Positions 40,811 through 54,086 of a stretch of 64,000 nucleotides of DNA are shown in pieces (within the stretch, counting starts at the first letter, position 1; every line of letters starts with the position of its first letter). The stretch is from NCBI RefSeq assembly GCF_009834535.1, contig NC_045697.1, positions 88,662,001 to 88,726,000 on the forward strand. Direction: 5' to 3'. The translations under genes and the position numbers were made by a program. Below the pieces are notes generated by a model. The model did no database searches and was not told the DNA's origin. It saw nothing but the letters and a program-made list of their open reading frames with translations. Source of the stretch: Camelus ferus. Taxonomy: Eukaryota.

Positions 40811-41359
40811 GCATGTTTGGGGAGTTACTTTAAGCCCTCCAGACCTGAGGTAAGCCAAGTTCATGGTAAGCCATGAACTTGTCCACAGTCTTTTGTATCC
40901 CAGGTATCCAAGATACCCAGGAACACAATAGAAACTTGGAAGGAAGAATCAGCATCTTAAACACCCCCAATGTTGCACATCCAAAAAAAAAAAGAAGCCA
41001 ATTTGATCACCTGGAAACAGTTGAGCAATTCCTTCGGGGCCATACTTGCCAAAGTTCCCTATAGGAACTCTCTTCCATGCCATGTTCACTTGGGGGAAAT
41101 GGATGGAGAAGAGTGGTGACAAGGTTTTTCTGAGCTGGATCTGAGCTGGCCACATAGGTAATAGAGAAAACACAGAAAAAGTTTTGTGTAATTAGTGCAT
41201 GAAGAATCATCATATCTACCCTGGAGGTCACTTGTCCCTGTGTTCCTGACACTGCAGGAAAAGGAGAAACAGCCTTTATTTCCTAAGGAAGGGATCCTCT
41301 AACATATAGCTGGACAGAAAGCAAGCAAATAGAAACAAAAAGGAAAAATAGAAGAAAAA

Positions 41360-42052
41360 ACACGAAGGCGAAAGACACAAATCCTCCCCGTATATGCAGA
41401 AGGGAAAGTTCTCAAAGAAGATTTTAGCAGCCCCTTGTAGTCCATTAATAGGCAAAGCTGCCTCAGAGGAGGGGTGTGGAATCAGATGTGAGCAAAGCTA
41501 TCAGTAGCTTTGCAAGTCCATTATTACCACCAATGTTACCCTCTGTCACTGTGGCAGTACTGCAGGCATCGACTGTCCCAAGAGAAATCACCAAATTGTC
41601 AAACAATAAAAACAGATTCCCAGCCCCTACTGCTGCTAGCGAAGAAAAACTTACTGGTCTTGCACAGGTCAGGTTTTTATAAACATAAGGTGCTCTCTCT
41701 ACATGCACTTGAGAGCAACTCAATGTTCTGAGACAAGACACAGACTCACTAAGTCCCTGTTGTAGAAAGAGACACAGCAATGACTTTGACTTAGACAAGA
41801 AAGGGAAGGAATAACAGACTTAACCAGAAACAAAAATAAAACATCAGCATATCAATAGCAACAACAACAACTGAAGAAATGGAATGTCAAGGAAAGTAAA
41901 GTTCTAGTCCTACTTGCGAGTCATTCTGAAAGCCAAGAAAATGTGCCTGAGCTGTAAACTGCCCATAAAGTGCACTCAGTCGATGTGCTTGAATTGTCTC
42001 CACCGGGTAAATCCACTTGGAGGATTTCAGCATCTTGGTGAATTCTCCAGAA
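41360..42052 (-). pseudogene. LamG domain 3 (fossil exons 41914-42052 and about 41360-41756)
   Basis: aacag| ...RC..PSGF....SLQLRHIFLAFRMTR |GTAGGA. After a second strong acceptor: DLVSLCLV...PVQD...NLFLLFDN...NIGGNNG...PLL...GEDLCLSPSC, i.e. a LamG core followed by the start of an EGF. Confidence 0.65.
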
Positions 42053-42732
42053 CTGTTAAATTATAATATAAAAATTAAAATGAAAACCGTAATTCTCATA
42101 CAGATATAGAAAGAGCATGACAACTTTTTTTTAACTCAATACTGAGGAAATAAGTAAAACGTTAAAGCAGGCTTTAAGAATATTTGAGGAATTGGGCATT
42201 TACAAGTATTATTTTTAAATAAAAATATTAGAATAAGATTGTTAAGATAAAAACACAAAAAATCAGTGGCCTACAGAACATAAAACTATGACCTTTGGAA
42301 TTCTCTCTCTGACTGGACAGAACTGTTGCAAGTTGACACATAACCTCTCAGCGTGTAGCGTGTAGGCTCTCAGAGGTCAGAGCACAGGTTTGTTCACCTA
42401 GATCATGAAATAATCTTTGAGCATGCCTGTAAAACAAAAGCCTCTATATGGTATATACTCTTTTGTCTTATTTCCAAATTTTATTTCTAAATTTTTGATA
42501 ACATTTATAAACACTATAATTCAGTCCTTCTAGTTGTGGTTATTTGCATATTTTATTTTTAAAATAATATGTAATAGGGATTCCTATTCAACCTAAGATT
42601 GGGATATGTTTCTCAATATGTTCATTTTCATTATCTCTCATTATGTTCATTTTTATGATCTGAAATTATGATTACTTTCATTGACTCATTATTCAAGAAT
42701 TAGGGACAAAAATTGATTTAAATTTAATTCAA

Positions 42733-42855
42733 GACGGGAGGGTACAGCTCAGTGATAGAACATGCACTAAGCACTCACAAGGTCGTGGGTTCAATCCCCA
42801 GTACCGCCAAAAAAGGAGATAAACAAATAAATAAATAAACCTAAAAATAAATAAG
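42733..42855 (+). mobile_element. Camelid tRNA-derived SINE with 14-bp target-site duplication
   Basis: gggagggtacagctcagtgatag...gggttcaatccccagtacc; TSD taaatttaattcaa at 42719-42732 and 42856-42869. Confidence 0.9.
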
Positions 42856-42998
42856 TAAATTTAATTCAATTTGAAGTATCATACTTTTCTAATTCAAAGG
42901 ACATCAACATGACTTTCTCAGGGAATAAAAAATAATTACTGCAAACCCATTAAAACAAAAGTTAGTGATCACACAATTTGATATACATACACAGTTGG

Positions 42999-43088
42999 CC
43001 AGAATTTTTGATATATATGTATATATCACATGCATATAAATATAAATTGATGGTATCTACATATATACATATATATCAAAAATTCTGG
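42999..43088. repeat. Perfect 28-bp inverted repeat with a 34-bp spacer
   Basis: ccagaatttttgatatatatgtatatat (42999-43026) and its exact reverse complement (43061-43088). Confidence 0.9.
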
Positions 43089-43952
43089 GAGACATCATAT
43101 ATATATATATGTTACACAGATATATTCATATGATACATATATATATCATGTACATATGTAAATTAATACATATAGTATATTTTAATATATAAATTTAGGT
43201 ATTTGGTATAGTTTTATATATATTATAAATGTGTATTTATGTAAATTTAGTATATACATTTAATTTATTTATAGATGTAAATTTAGTAGATTCATACTAT
43301 TATTTAATACTCTAATTAGATATTTAACACTAAACATCACTTTTGTCATTTTCTTTCATTCAAAATATTGTAAATTGAAAGTAGCCAAGAATTTTCAACT
43401 ATTCAAACACAGGATGTTCACAAAAATTCTTTGCAAAGGTAATTCTCCTCCTCTCAGTGACAACATAAGGAGGTAAGTGTTTCTGTCATTAATGCCATGT
43501 GTTTAAGAAACAGAGAAAGAGAGAATCCCTGGAGGTGCCATCGGCAATGAACACTTGACTTGTCTCACATACCAGTTTCATTAGTTTGTCAAGAGCATAT
43601 TCTAAAACAATGAGATCCTGAAGACAATCTCTTGCCTCTTGGAAGAGAATAGATTCTGAGGCTAAAAGACTGCACAGAGAAGGAATTCTAATCTTTACAT
43701 CTATTTTTGAAAGCAATGTTTTTTTTCCTTATCTTCAACTTACACACATGGAGGGAGGTGCTTCCATAAATAATTCACCATTTTTGAAGGTGATGGCTGC
43801 AGCGGCACCACTCTCCTTTAATTCTTCCTATTCTTTTTACGAGAATTGACTAAACTCTAAGTTAAGGAAAAATAAGGGGAATTTGCCTATCCATTTCCTA
43901 ATTATTTTTTACATACTTGCTTGCATGCCAAGTTAGACATTCCCGTGCTTAC

Positions 43953-46900
43953 TCCTTGGGACTAATGGGGCATCTGCTTTGGGCTGTATATTGGCCAACA
44001 GTCACCAGTCCAGATGAGGGAGGAGAGAGGAGGAATGAAGGTATTAGTCAGTCTCTTCTGCCCTGGTGGAATTCCAAGAAAGACGGAGAGGGGCCTGGCT
44101 GGGCTGGAAAGAATACTCTGTTTGATTCACACCAAATTACATTTTGAAGGTTTTATAAAAATCAAAAATAAGAAGAAGTGAAATAAACTAGGTTAAATAA
44201 ATTAGACAGAGGTTTACATGTTCTCCTATGGTTGGTGGAAAATTGCTTTTTCTAAGCAATGCTGAGATTTATTATGAGGTTGCAGAAAGCTCATTAGGAA
44301 AGAAATTCTGGGAATCTCTTTTTGGTTTACAGCAATTAGCTGTGTGAATGCAGCCTTATTTTTTGCAGCAATTAACTTTGTGGAAAAATCTCCTGTTAAA
44401 TTATCTTCGGATAATATTCACAAAACTATCAGCAATTGTTTTCCTATAACTATGTCTTTGTTATTTCTTTGGCCCTTGTGTTGTTGTTGTTACAAAATAA
44501 TTTTTCCATGTAAGAGGGCCAAGTTCCCATTGTTGTTGAACTAAGTCAGAGACTAGAAGGTTGGGATTATAAATGCATTATATATGCATTTCCCTCCCTC
44601 TGGTGAGGGTTAGCTGTGAAAAACAATGCAGTAATCTGACTGCCACAAATTATCTTGTGACTTGTCATTTAAATACCATTCCCTATGAATGTCATTTCTT
44701 AGAAGAGGGAAATCAAATAATGTTCTTTTGAACACTGACAGTTTAATTAATATCCATGAGTCCTCAAAAACTACTTCTAGATTATTAAGATAGATTGAGC
44801 CTGATTCTTCCAAAGATAAGGGACATATCTCCTAATTATTGAGACATTCAGGTATAAAAGAATGTCATTTATCTAACTATATCCATATCTTTATTAGTTT
44901 GTGTCTATCAAAACATGGCCATCTACACATATCTAGCAGAGCTAATTCAGAAATATCTACCCGTAGTTAGCCAGTTTCTTCCTTTTACTCCCTTTGTCAG
45001 TATGGCTCCAGAAAGGGGCGAGACTAATATCACCTTGGAACAGAGAAAGACATGATGTAAGATCATTTCCTTCCCATGGGAAGCAATGGAAAGCCTACCG
45101 GTCCACTTCAAGTGGACTTTGGAAAGGAGAGGAAGACAGAAGCAGGGTTAGGAGATAAGATGCCACAGTCTTTTCTCACTGTCTTGTAAATCAATCCTGG
45201 AGCTAGTCAACACCTAGAGAAAAATTATGGGGCACCCGTGGGCATCAAAGCTACAGACCTGTTTCTCAAACATACTTTGTGTTGCAGAACAAACCCTTAA
45301 AGAAGACAGACAAGCCCAGATGAAGGTGGACAGATGAATCGGAAGCCATATTCTTGGTTCCCATAGCCTGCAGTGGGGTGAGGATTATTGGTGGTTGAAG
45401 TTCCTGCTTCTTTCATGAGGAGATAAGGAAATGCTGAAATGATCAGTGGATCAGTGAGGGGTCAACATAACCATGGCATTTCAACAAAGGCCATACAAGG
45501 CACAAGGACTTCCCCAAAGTCAGTAGGCATCTAGGATTATGCAGGTCAGCACAAAGGATGCCCTGGAGTCAGAGGATCTTAGACAGAAATCATCATATTG
45601 AAAACTAGATAGCATGGGGGTCTCCTTTCTACACAAAATTATGAAAATCCCATCTACCTGAATATCATCTTACAGAAAAACCTGGGGAAACTGACACTAT
45701 CCATCTTTACCCTTATGTTAAACACAATGTTCTAAAGGTGCAAATGGACTACAATATAACCAATAATTTAATACATTTTTTCATGTGTAAATTTGGATCA
45801 GTTTTTATCTTGACAATTTTACTCAAGTCGAAGACATTCCAAAGAGAAGACTGTAACTAAAAAAAAATATGTAAACTGAAAGAGGCTAAAATATTGGCAC
45901 ATTTTAAAGATCTCTTTCCCTCCTCAATCACTACTCAGTGATGTAGGGCTCATAAGAAATATTAAATAAAGTGTAGAAATGATTAGAGCTAACTTGCTTC
46001 CCCCACCTGAATGGTGGTAGATGTAAATTTGTGATCTCACATATACATAATATATATGAAAAGTTTGGAAATCTGTGTATATGGTGGAAGATAATAGAAG
46101 AAATACATTTTAAAGGAAAGTTATTTGAAAAAACTTTTTTGAAAAAAAATCTCTGAAATCCTAATTAATATGTTTCCATTGTAAAAAATTTAGAAATACA
46201 GAACTTCACACAGAAGAAAATAATCCATGGATATATTGTGCTGCAATCTTATTTGAAATAGTGTGGATGAGGAACGGTACTATGTTTCAGGGAATTTAAT
46301 AATTAGAGCCACAAAGTTACTGTTGTTTTAGCAGCTTTTCTTTGTTCACATTTCAGGTAAATTCAGGCTCCTTTTACACCAGCCAATAATCTTGTTTTGA
46401 GCTATTTTTAAGACTTCTTTGTGTCTTTGAAAGTGCTTTTGCTATGTATGAAAATGTACTCTTGTACCCGTTCAGCTTTTCTGTGATGAATTAGTGCTAG
46501 ATTTGTAGGCCTTTCTTTCAAAGTGAAGTCCACCTCCAGAGGAGGTTGACTCTGTAGGTCACTCAGTTCCTTATCAGAAGAGCCAAAGCCGTATCTTTTG
46601 CAGCCCACTGTCCATCCAACAAGCTCATGAAATACAATTTCCAAGCCCAATCCAAGTTAGAACTTTCTGTATAGAAAGTAAGAGTCTTTCTCACCTCTGA
46701 CGGTGCCTGGAAAATTCTATCACTACTGATGGCTTCTGATGGCAGGAGAAACCTGCTCTGAAGCAGCCCAAACACGCTGGTATGTACACTTCTTTGAAAG
46801 TTCAAGCTTATCTTTGCAAAGCTCCCAGTAGAGATGGACCAGAGGATGACACTTATGCTCCTTGTTTCCTTAGACTGCATGGAGCAGACAGTATAACAGG

Positions 46901-46960
46901 CTATGTTAGTAGGTGGGAGAGTCCCCCACAGGGAAGTTTCCTCTCCTCTCGCAAACTTTC
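43953..46960 (-). pseudogene. EGF plus LamG domain 2 (fossil exons about 46455-46960 and 43953-44117)
   Basis: VCERRGN....YTVCS-CSLGNK.HKC, then GSFAKISLNFQ (46794-46826)...LQSRF...LLDGQ..RYGFGSSDKEL...RVN...W...ER..N. Recalled DN-cadherin has CWEHGNC and QSYVKYALSFE..VQLRF. The next exon reads PLSVFLGIPP and ends at a GTAAGC donor. This explains ORF-track entries 46563-46970 and 46408-46650. Confidence 0.75.
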
Positions 46961-49900
46961 CCTTTTCCACTTCCTTCCTCCTTCACTCTCTTCCTAGCCC
47001 TACCCCACACCACTTCAATCTAGTATCTTATTTTCACTAGGAATTATTATTTCTCCCTATACTAACAGAAGAAATGCTTTTAAATTCCAAAATGGCTCCC
47101 CTAATAGAATGGTGGGGATTGCAAATTATCACATAATTTCTTCGATGCTAAATGTTGCAAGTACCATAATGTATTGTTCTAATTAGGGGCTGCAAAATGG
47201 TTAATGGTGTGTGTGTCCTTATTAGAAAGACCATGCTATCCATATAAAAGTGATTAAAGAGAGGATAACAACAGATACTGTCATACTGTTTTGGTTGTCT
47301 TTATGAATAATGACGCTAAACGATGAGTTGATGTTTTGCGTCACTGCCTTCATATTCCCAGGACAGGGTAGCAGCACTACCATCCACCATAATTTAAATT
47401 CTAAATACCATCACACATGTTCTTTAATATACAAGGGATCATTTTCTGGTTCTCAAATACAGTGTTTTTCTTAAAATTCCATCTTTACTCTTTAACAAAA
47501 TACTTACTCTAAAATCTCAAATGAAATACAGTGTAATGGTACTTTAATGTATTTTTCATGTATACATTTGTTTCAGTTTTTACCTTGAGAAATTCTAAGT
47601 TGATATGGATTTAACCTTAGGTTTTATGCAAAAGCACTGTCATTGGTATGAAAGAGTCCCAGATCATATTTTGTGCACATACAACAATTGCGAAAATAAT
47701 AGCAAGAGAGTGCAACAAATTCAAAATGACTTAAGCAAAAAAAAAAAAAGGAACAAGAAAAAAACTATTTATTCCTTGGCATAACTATGCAGATTGCCTT
47801 TAGCTTGGCTAGATATGCAGGCAAACAGTGTCATCAGTACGCTATTAGCTTTCTTGACATTTAGCTCTGACCATATGCTAACAGATTCAAGTCTAGTTGA
47901 AATGGCTTCTTCCCATCAACAACTCCACATTTCTCACTGACTTTTATTGGTCTATCTTGGCCCCTGTACCCCAATATTGACCACTGTAACTAGAGATATG
48001 CTAGGGCACACAGGTCCCTGGAAACAGGGCAGAGCAAAGATTCAGAGTAAGAAAACGGTTTTCCCATTAAAACTTGGAGTACTATTGCAAGAGGAAAGAA
48101 GCGTAGGAAGGAGAGAATGCTGTTCTTTCACTCGTTTATTGATCAACCTTTATTGTATGTCTATTATGAGCAAGAAACAGGTCTCAGCACTGGGAACGAA
48201 GCAGTGACTAGAAAAAGAAAGCCCCTGTCCTCCAGAAACTTTCGTTTGTGTAAGAGGATGGATGGTAAGCAAGTACTCAGACAGCAATAGAATAGATGAG
48301 GCCAAGGGCCATGAAGACAAGTAAGAGACTGGAGAGCAATAGATCATTATATTCAACAAAGTGACTGTTAAACATCATTCAGAGAAGAATTCGCAACGAT
48401 ATTAAATGTAGGGTCTACTGCTATTTTTACAATTGCAAATTAAAATGACATAAGTCTAGAGTATAAATATATTTCTACTAAGCCTAAAAGATATGTTTGC
48501 ATACATGTGACTTGTAGTAATTTACATAGAATTATCTGCGTGTGTGTGTGTGTGTGCACACATATATTCCCATATATATGTAAGTATATGTTTGAGTGAG
48601 ACGGCATTTAATATGAGGGCCCCTATGATAAAAATCACACCATGAATTATCTTCATCATTAGTGAGTTATTTGTAATAAACAATCTGGGGTGGCCAGCTT
48701 GTCTTTGATAAAGAACAATATAACTGTCTTTACACATATCAACCCTGTGACTTATGCCAACGTGCTCTCCCAAAGAAGTAAATTATGAAATTATAGTTGA
48801 TGAGTTTACTTCCATTAGAAGGAGACTAAAATTATAATAAATTCATTCAGGGACATAAATAAAATATGTAAACCTAATGTTAGTTTTAATAAACTTACTT
48901 TAGAATTCTTCAATATTTCTGAATTGCTATAATGTTCTGAAAAAATTAATCATGACATTGCATATAAACACCAATTTAAGAATATATATCTTTTCTTTTG
49001 CCTTATTTTCTAATATGATTTGAAAGGGCACTTATGCCTAGCACCTAGAAGATGCTTAAAGAATATTTGTTGAATGATTCAGTGAACAGGTAAATCATTG
49101 TCTCCAGTTATGTCATTCATGGGGAGCAACCTAAGCTTCTGTTGAAATGGTATTTTTTTGCTTTCATTTCTCATCTGCAGAGCCCAAGTAGGCAGAAATC
49201 TAGCTTGTTAACAGGTAGGTAATGCAACAAATGATCAGAAGAGATCATAGAATGAGTTGAGAAAGTTTTATGATAATATTTTGCTCCTGAGATATTATTT
49301 TCATAGTTCTTTTTTATGGGACTAGAGTGCATTTTTGGTATTTTAATATTACTATTAATTAATATTTATCAAGCATTTACTACACTGTCTTCAGTACTTT
49401 ACACACATTGAAATAAAAAAACTTCATAAAACTTTGAGACATGAGGAAATCAAGTTACCCAGGCTAAATAACCCAGTTCACACACTTACTCCGTGAAGTC
49501 AAGTATATACCCAGAGTGGGACTTGAGCATCAGTGATATTAACTATGTTATTCTTATCCTGCCTCAGTGAACCCAGTATTTTAATTAACTATAAAATATT
49601 ACACAAAACATTGAATCTTACAAAGTCTGTATTTTCTTCTAGTGACAAAAAGTAACTTAAAAAGGACTATGGGCTTCCTATTGAATATGACTAATCTTCT
49701 TAGAACTCCATAAAATTTTAACAAACCAAAAAACTTATTAAATATTATATAGATGCAAAGTGAATACTTAGCACACATGCCTGCATAACACAGGAGCACT
49801 TTTCTTTTTCTCAGTGGAACAAACCAGTAGACACTACTAACTTTCATCTTATTTCCACAGCATTTTTAACATGGTTTCTGCAGAATATTGCTTGCAGATA

Positions 49901-51087
49901 AGATTTAAAGATAACATTGCCAGGGTTGTCATCAACACAGCTAAATAAATGAACCAAGAAAATGTTCTCATTTTAGCAATTTTGAAGGCACTGCCTTGAC
50001 GCCCAAAAGCTGAAATTATATTTGTTAAAAATGTAAAGAGATGTGATTTCCTTCTCATTAGTTTTAACCAAACTGTCAGCTATTTTATTTCTGGAAAGAA
50101 TTCCCAGGATCTCTTATCTCCTTTAAATTAGGATGTACATTTAGATGATATTATAGTCAAAAGGCTCATAGCTAATTTTCTGGAATAGTTAAGACATGTT
50201 AAAGAACTCTCAAGTACACTGAAACAAACACTATTGTCTTATAATACATTGCAAAACAGCTAAAACAAAGTGGGTTTTCCTTCATAATCCTATTATAGGC
50301 TTGAAATATAGTTTAATTACATGGACTATTAAAGCTTTGATTGAAGTTGGAAACTCTTCTGAGTTTAGAATATTAACTTTAATGAACATAGAAGAAATTT
50401 TCTCTGTGTTTCAAAATGCAATTATCCTACATGTCACCTCTTTCTGTGATTCAAGTAGAGTTGCTTTGCTCTCCTTTTAAATGTATGTTTTTTTCAAAGA
50501 CAAGTTACAGCATTATGACTGAACCTCTTCTCAGAAACTTTGATCACTTTAGCAACTTGAGATTTCAAACAAAATTTAAGAAATTATTTTTAATGAAATT
50601 TCTGTCAGTGGAAGGACTCAAAATATACTAAGCACACAAACGTTTCAAACACATTTGATTTTCAGCACTTCACTAACGATGGAAATCGTGATACTTTAAT
50701 ATATCAACACAAATATTAATTTTTCATAGGAAAATAACATTTCTGATTAGTATAATTACATGCTAATAATAATTATGGGCAACTTTCTTTTTTAGGATCT
50801 GAGTATAAATGATTTTTTAAAATTCCTCAGTATATTTAGTTTTAAATTCTTATGATTTTAGCATGTATTGAAATTATCTGTGAAGCTCAAAATGAAAAAT
50901 GTTTGTCTCATTTAAATTTTTTTCAGAAAATGGATTTATGAATAAAAATTTTTTTTAAAATAACTGATAGGACATTGACAGAGAAAAGTCATTTACAATC
51001 GTGATTTTAAATCTTTTGGGGTTATGGATCCTTTTAATAACATTTCATTCAACATATACACAGTGAGTTCCTGACATCTGCCAGCTC

Positions 51088-51263
51088 CAGGGCTGGCTTT
51101 GAGGGTGTACAAGCCTTTCATGACTCAGGGTCCCATTCTCAGAAGTACCTCACACACGGTTTAATGCTGTGCTATTGCTGTCTTTTAATTCTTAGTAATT
51201 TCTGAACAAGGAGCTCCACATGTTCACTGTGCACCAGGCCTAGCGAATGATGGAAGCGGCCCT
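51088..51263 (+). mobile_element. MER91A-like hAT DNA transposon inside an L2 fragment
   Basis: cagggctggcttt...ggtttaatgctgtgctattgctgtcttttaattcttagtaatttctgaacaagg...gcggccct. Confidence 0.7.
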
Positions 51264-52459
51264 ATCTGGCCTGTGTTCTGCATGAGCTCTGACCTCAGGA
51301 AGTTCCAGGTTACTTGAGAAAGACAACAAAGAGGTGGACAAATAAATCTGTAATTAAAAATTATAGTGAGTAGCATGAACAGAAAAAAGAATAAAAAAAA
51401 AAAGGACTGTTATTATAAAGAATGAAAGGAAAGAATGTTAATCTGCTTTAAATTGTTTGGCCTAGAATGGCCTATCTAAACCAGTGACATTTTAGCTAAT
51501 ACCTGAAGCATGAACAGGAACCAGTCCTACAATAAGTCAGGGAAATAGCCTTCCACGCTTAGGAAATACACTGAGCAAACGGTCTAAGACAGGTGTGGCA
51601 GTCTTAGTTTTTCTTTCAGTCAGCTGCCCACCTGTTTGACTCTTCCAACCATCAACCCCTTCAGAGTCTACTCAACCTCAGTGAGCCACCCCACCCAGAG
51701 CCCACCCCCTTTGTAGGGCATCCCATATCTTGCACATCAAACTCCATCTTATCACCTATCTCTGTAGAACCCAGCTTGTGCCAGTTGGAACCAGAAGTAG
51801 TCCAAGAATTCAGACCACAGGTGCTTCTACAGCCCATGTATTGGAAGACATGAAAGCTGACAGCTGATAGGTCTGAGTGGGACCCAGAGCAGGGAGTATC
51901 TCTAAAGCTAATCTAGGCTACAGCATAAGCAGTCTGGTGTTTTGGGCCACAAGATACATAAGATCCTATGTTACTGGGAAAAGATACCCTTGGGGAATTT
52001 ATGGCAAACCCTGGTGAAAGAATTAGAATGGCCATTGTAACTGTAAAGTCTGAGGTTGCTCTTCCCTCCTTCCTCCTTTCCTTCTTTCCTTCCTATCTCC
52101 AACCAACATTTGAGCAACTATTCAGTGCCACATACTGTGCTAGAGTGGACACATTTATTTTTTCTATATAGGTCCCATTAGGATTTGAAATGAATCACAA
52201 GATTGGGAAACAAAGCACTGTGTACTGCACCTTAGTTCATAATACATTGTTCCCTTGTGTGGAGGTTAGATTGTCATCTTAGACATCTAAATTTTAAATT
52301 ATTCTGTAGTAGCAGAACTGCTTTGATTTGTGTACTTATTGCCCAAAAGGTTTTCTTTTGATAACTGTAGCAAAATATCATTGATTTCTAAGTGATTTTA
52401 CATTAAGGAAAACATGAGTGCTGACGTGTTATTAGTGTTTTGCTTTGAGTGTAGAGTAA

Positions 52460-52650
52460 TATTAACTGTTACTTAGTGCACTCTCATTATCTACCAAGTA
52501 GGATTTTGTTATTCCTGTTTTACACAGGAAAGAGCTGAAACTTAGAGAAGCTCAGCAGTTTCCCAAGATTACACAGCTGGAAAATGGTAGAACTGAGACC
52601 TGAAACATGGGGGTCTTTGCCAGAGCCTGTGCCCTCAACTACTGTCTTAT
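52460..52650 (-). mobile_element. MIR SINE
   Basis: cctgttttacacaggaaagagctgaaacttagagaagctcagcagtttcccaagattacacagctggaaaatggtagaactg. Confidence 0.75.
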
Positions 52651-53108
52651 TTAGTGCTAGTGTGGGGAATTTGAACAGATTTAACCTAATATAGTTTTTA
52701 GAACAATAAAGTATATTCTCATCAAAGACTTAATTATCTAAATAATTCCAAAAATTGTAATGTTGAAACAGATGGTATAACTCTGTAATAGAATTAATGT
52801 CCTCCTATTATACTTGTAAGTTTATAATTAGAAGACTAAATGTAAGGGTCATAAATGCACCTTCAAAAGACCCACAATATGATTAGATTATTTTCCTGTC
52901 CTAATGAAATTGGGGCTTTGAGAGGCTTTATTGTGGCACATTTGTGTGTTTTGTAATTTGTTATAAGTTGTTCCACATTTCTCTTCAGGGTTTTAGTCTT
53001 TGTTTCAGGAGAGAATGAGACTTTTCTCCACACTGATTTGAAGATTACTGTGTTTCATTTCCCTGAAGGGCAAAGTATCCTGTACCATCGTAGACACTGT
53101 AGGAGAAA

Positions 53109-54086
53109 ATGGTAAGAAGATCTCAAGTCTTCCACTATTCCTTCAATTTAAATTGTTGTAGGAGGTTCTGATTATCCATCAGATGCTAGAAGCAGTCAAG
53201 GTGCTGATGGCCTACCTCATAAAAACAACGTATAGGAAACTGAACTATGTACCAGTAAAATTCCTTGATATCTTCATGGTAGTCAATTAGTTTCTTGGCA
53301 ATCTTTACAGCCATCCATGCACTTACTTTTTTTATAACTTTTTTCTAAACTTGGTAACATAACTGTTTCCAGATACACCAAAGTCCTAAGTATGTCCACA
53401 CACAAACTTGAAAAGTAGGAAGGAATTCTGATCCCTTGAGCCACATATGACAACATATCCAAGATCACCTTTTTTGTATCATCACTTCTTGTCCTTCTGG
53501 AGTTTCATAACAATCTCGACACATCTCTTCAGTGGAGAATATTCTAAGTGGAGGGTATTCTTGGTAATAACCTTTCAATATGACTCAAAGAACTTCTGAC
53601 ACAAGCTGTAAGGACATGGCATGGTTACTTGCAACATACTGCAGTGTCATAAAAGGGATCTTTATCTGCCTCAACTGAGCTTGAGAAATTTGTGAATATG
53701 AATCTTATCCAAACTTTCACAATGGTATCCCACTCCTCTGTAAGAACTGTGAAAACCGGGAAGGTTATAGTCTACATGAAACAACCCATCTGCAGGACAG
53801 CACAGGCTCCTTATCCTTCCACACTAGCAAAAGAGATTGATTTTTTGATGTTCACAACAGAATGTTGTACACAGTCCCCTTTTATACTGAAGTTTAATTT
53901 AGAAGTTTGAAAACAATTCATTAAGGCCACAGCTCCACCTCACATTATCTTTTTTTCATTGTTATTGCTGGAGTAGCTTTTGCTGGAATTATGAGTTGCA
54001 TAAAGGTGGATTCTTGCAGTTATAACTGGGGACACAAAACCTTTGTAATAGCAGATCAGAGTAAACTTGAGTCAGTCACTATGTAA
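53109..54086 (+). pseudogene. Decayed, apparently intronless LRR-transmembrane gene (LRRNT-LRRs-LRRCT-TM), BK-channel gamma subunit/LRRC52-like
   Basis: About 980 nt from ATG 53109 to TAA 54086 with many stops and frameshifts. YRKLNYVPVK-IP (LRRNT); YDNISKITFFVSSLLVLLEFHNN (LRRC52 NNLTSISPFTFSVLSNLVQLNIANN, recalled); NNP-C...LL and C..SP (LRRCT); HYLFFIVIAGVAFAGIMSCI (TM) and a short tail. Confidence 0.65.

Larger units (their letters stand above)
38780..41251 (-). pseudogene. EGFs plus LamG domain 4 (fossil exons about 40830-41251, about 38940-39076 and about 38780-38908)
   Basis: cctgcag| CQEH...PPG..DDSSCT...PIGNFGKY(G)....LFPG...VFK....FLL....DKFMAYHELGLPQV (DN-cadherin DFIALELERGYP, recalled). 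Then SVHWPLAL-GSLHNEF...VKNL (DN-cadherin NVNAPLQVGGLYREQF..IRNL). Then INLVKYV....(W)P. Confidence 0.6.
42293..43856 (-). pseudogene. Three fossil EGF exons (about 43744-43856, 43573-43700, 42293-42397)
   Basis: tgcagccatcaccttcaaaaatggtgaattatttatgg is four edits away from CSPSPCKNGGLCM and is followed by a GTAAGT donor. The second exon ends CS*QTNETG|GTATGT. The third (ctag| acceptor) reads GEQTCALTSE(S)LHAT(R)...LCVNL....PKG. Confidence 0.7.

Noticed and set aside
47355..47385. GSAATL hexapeptide identical to a recalled DN-cadherin LamG2 segment
   Set aside because: It is out of order for LamG2, which maps to 46.45-46.83 kb; treated as coincidence next to the LamG1 C-terminal motif.
53050..53360. 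Resemblance to bornavirus N or M proteins (SLP-LFLQF..VGGSD; FISLKGKV), suggesting an endogenous bornavirus-like element
   Set aside because: The matches are short and their spacing disagrees with the recalled viral proteins; the whole 1-kb block is better explained as one LRRNT-LRR-LRRCT-TM gene.
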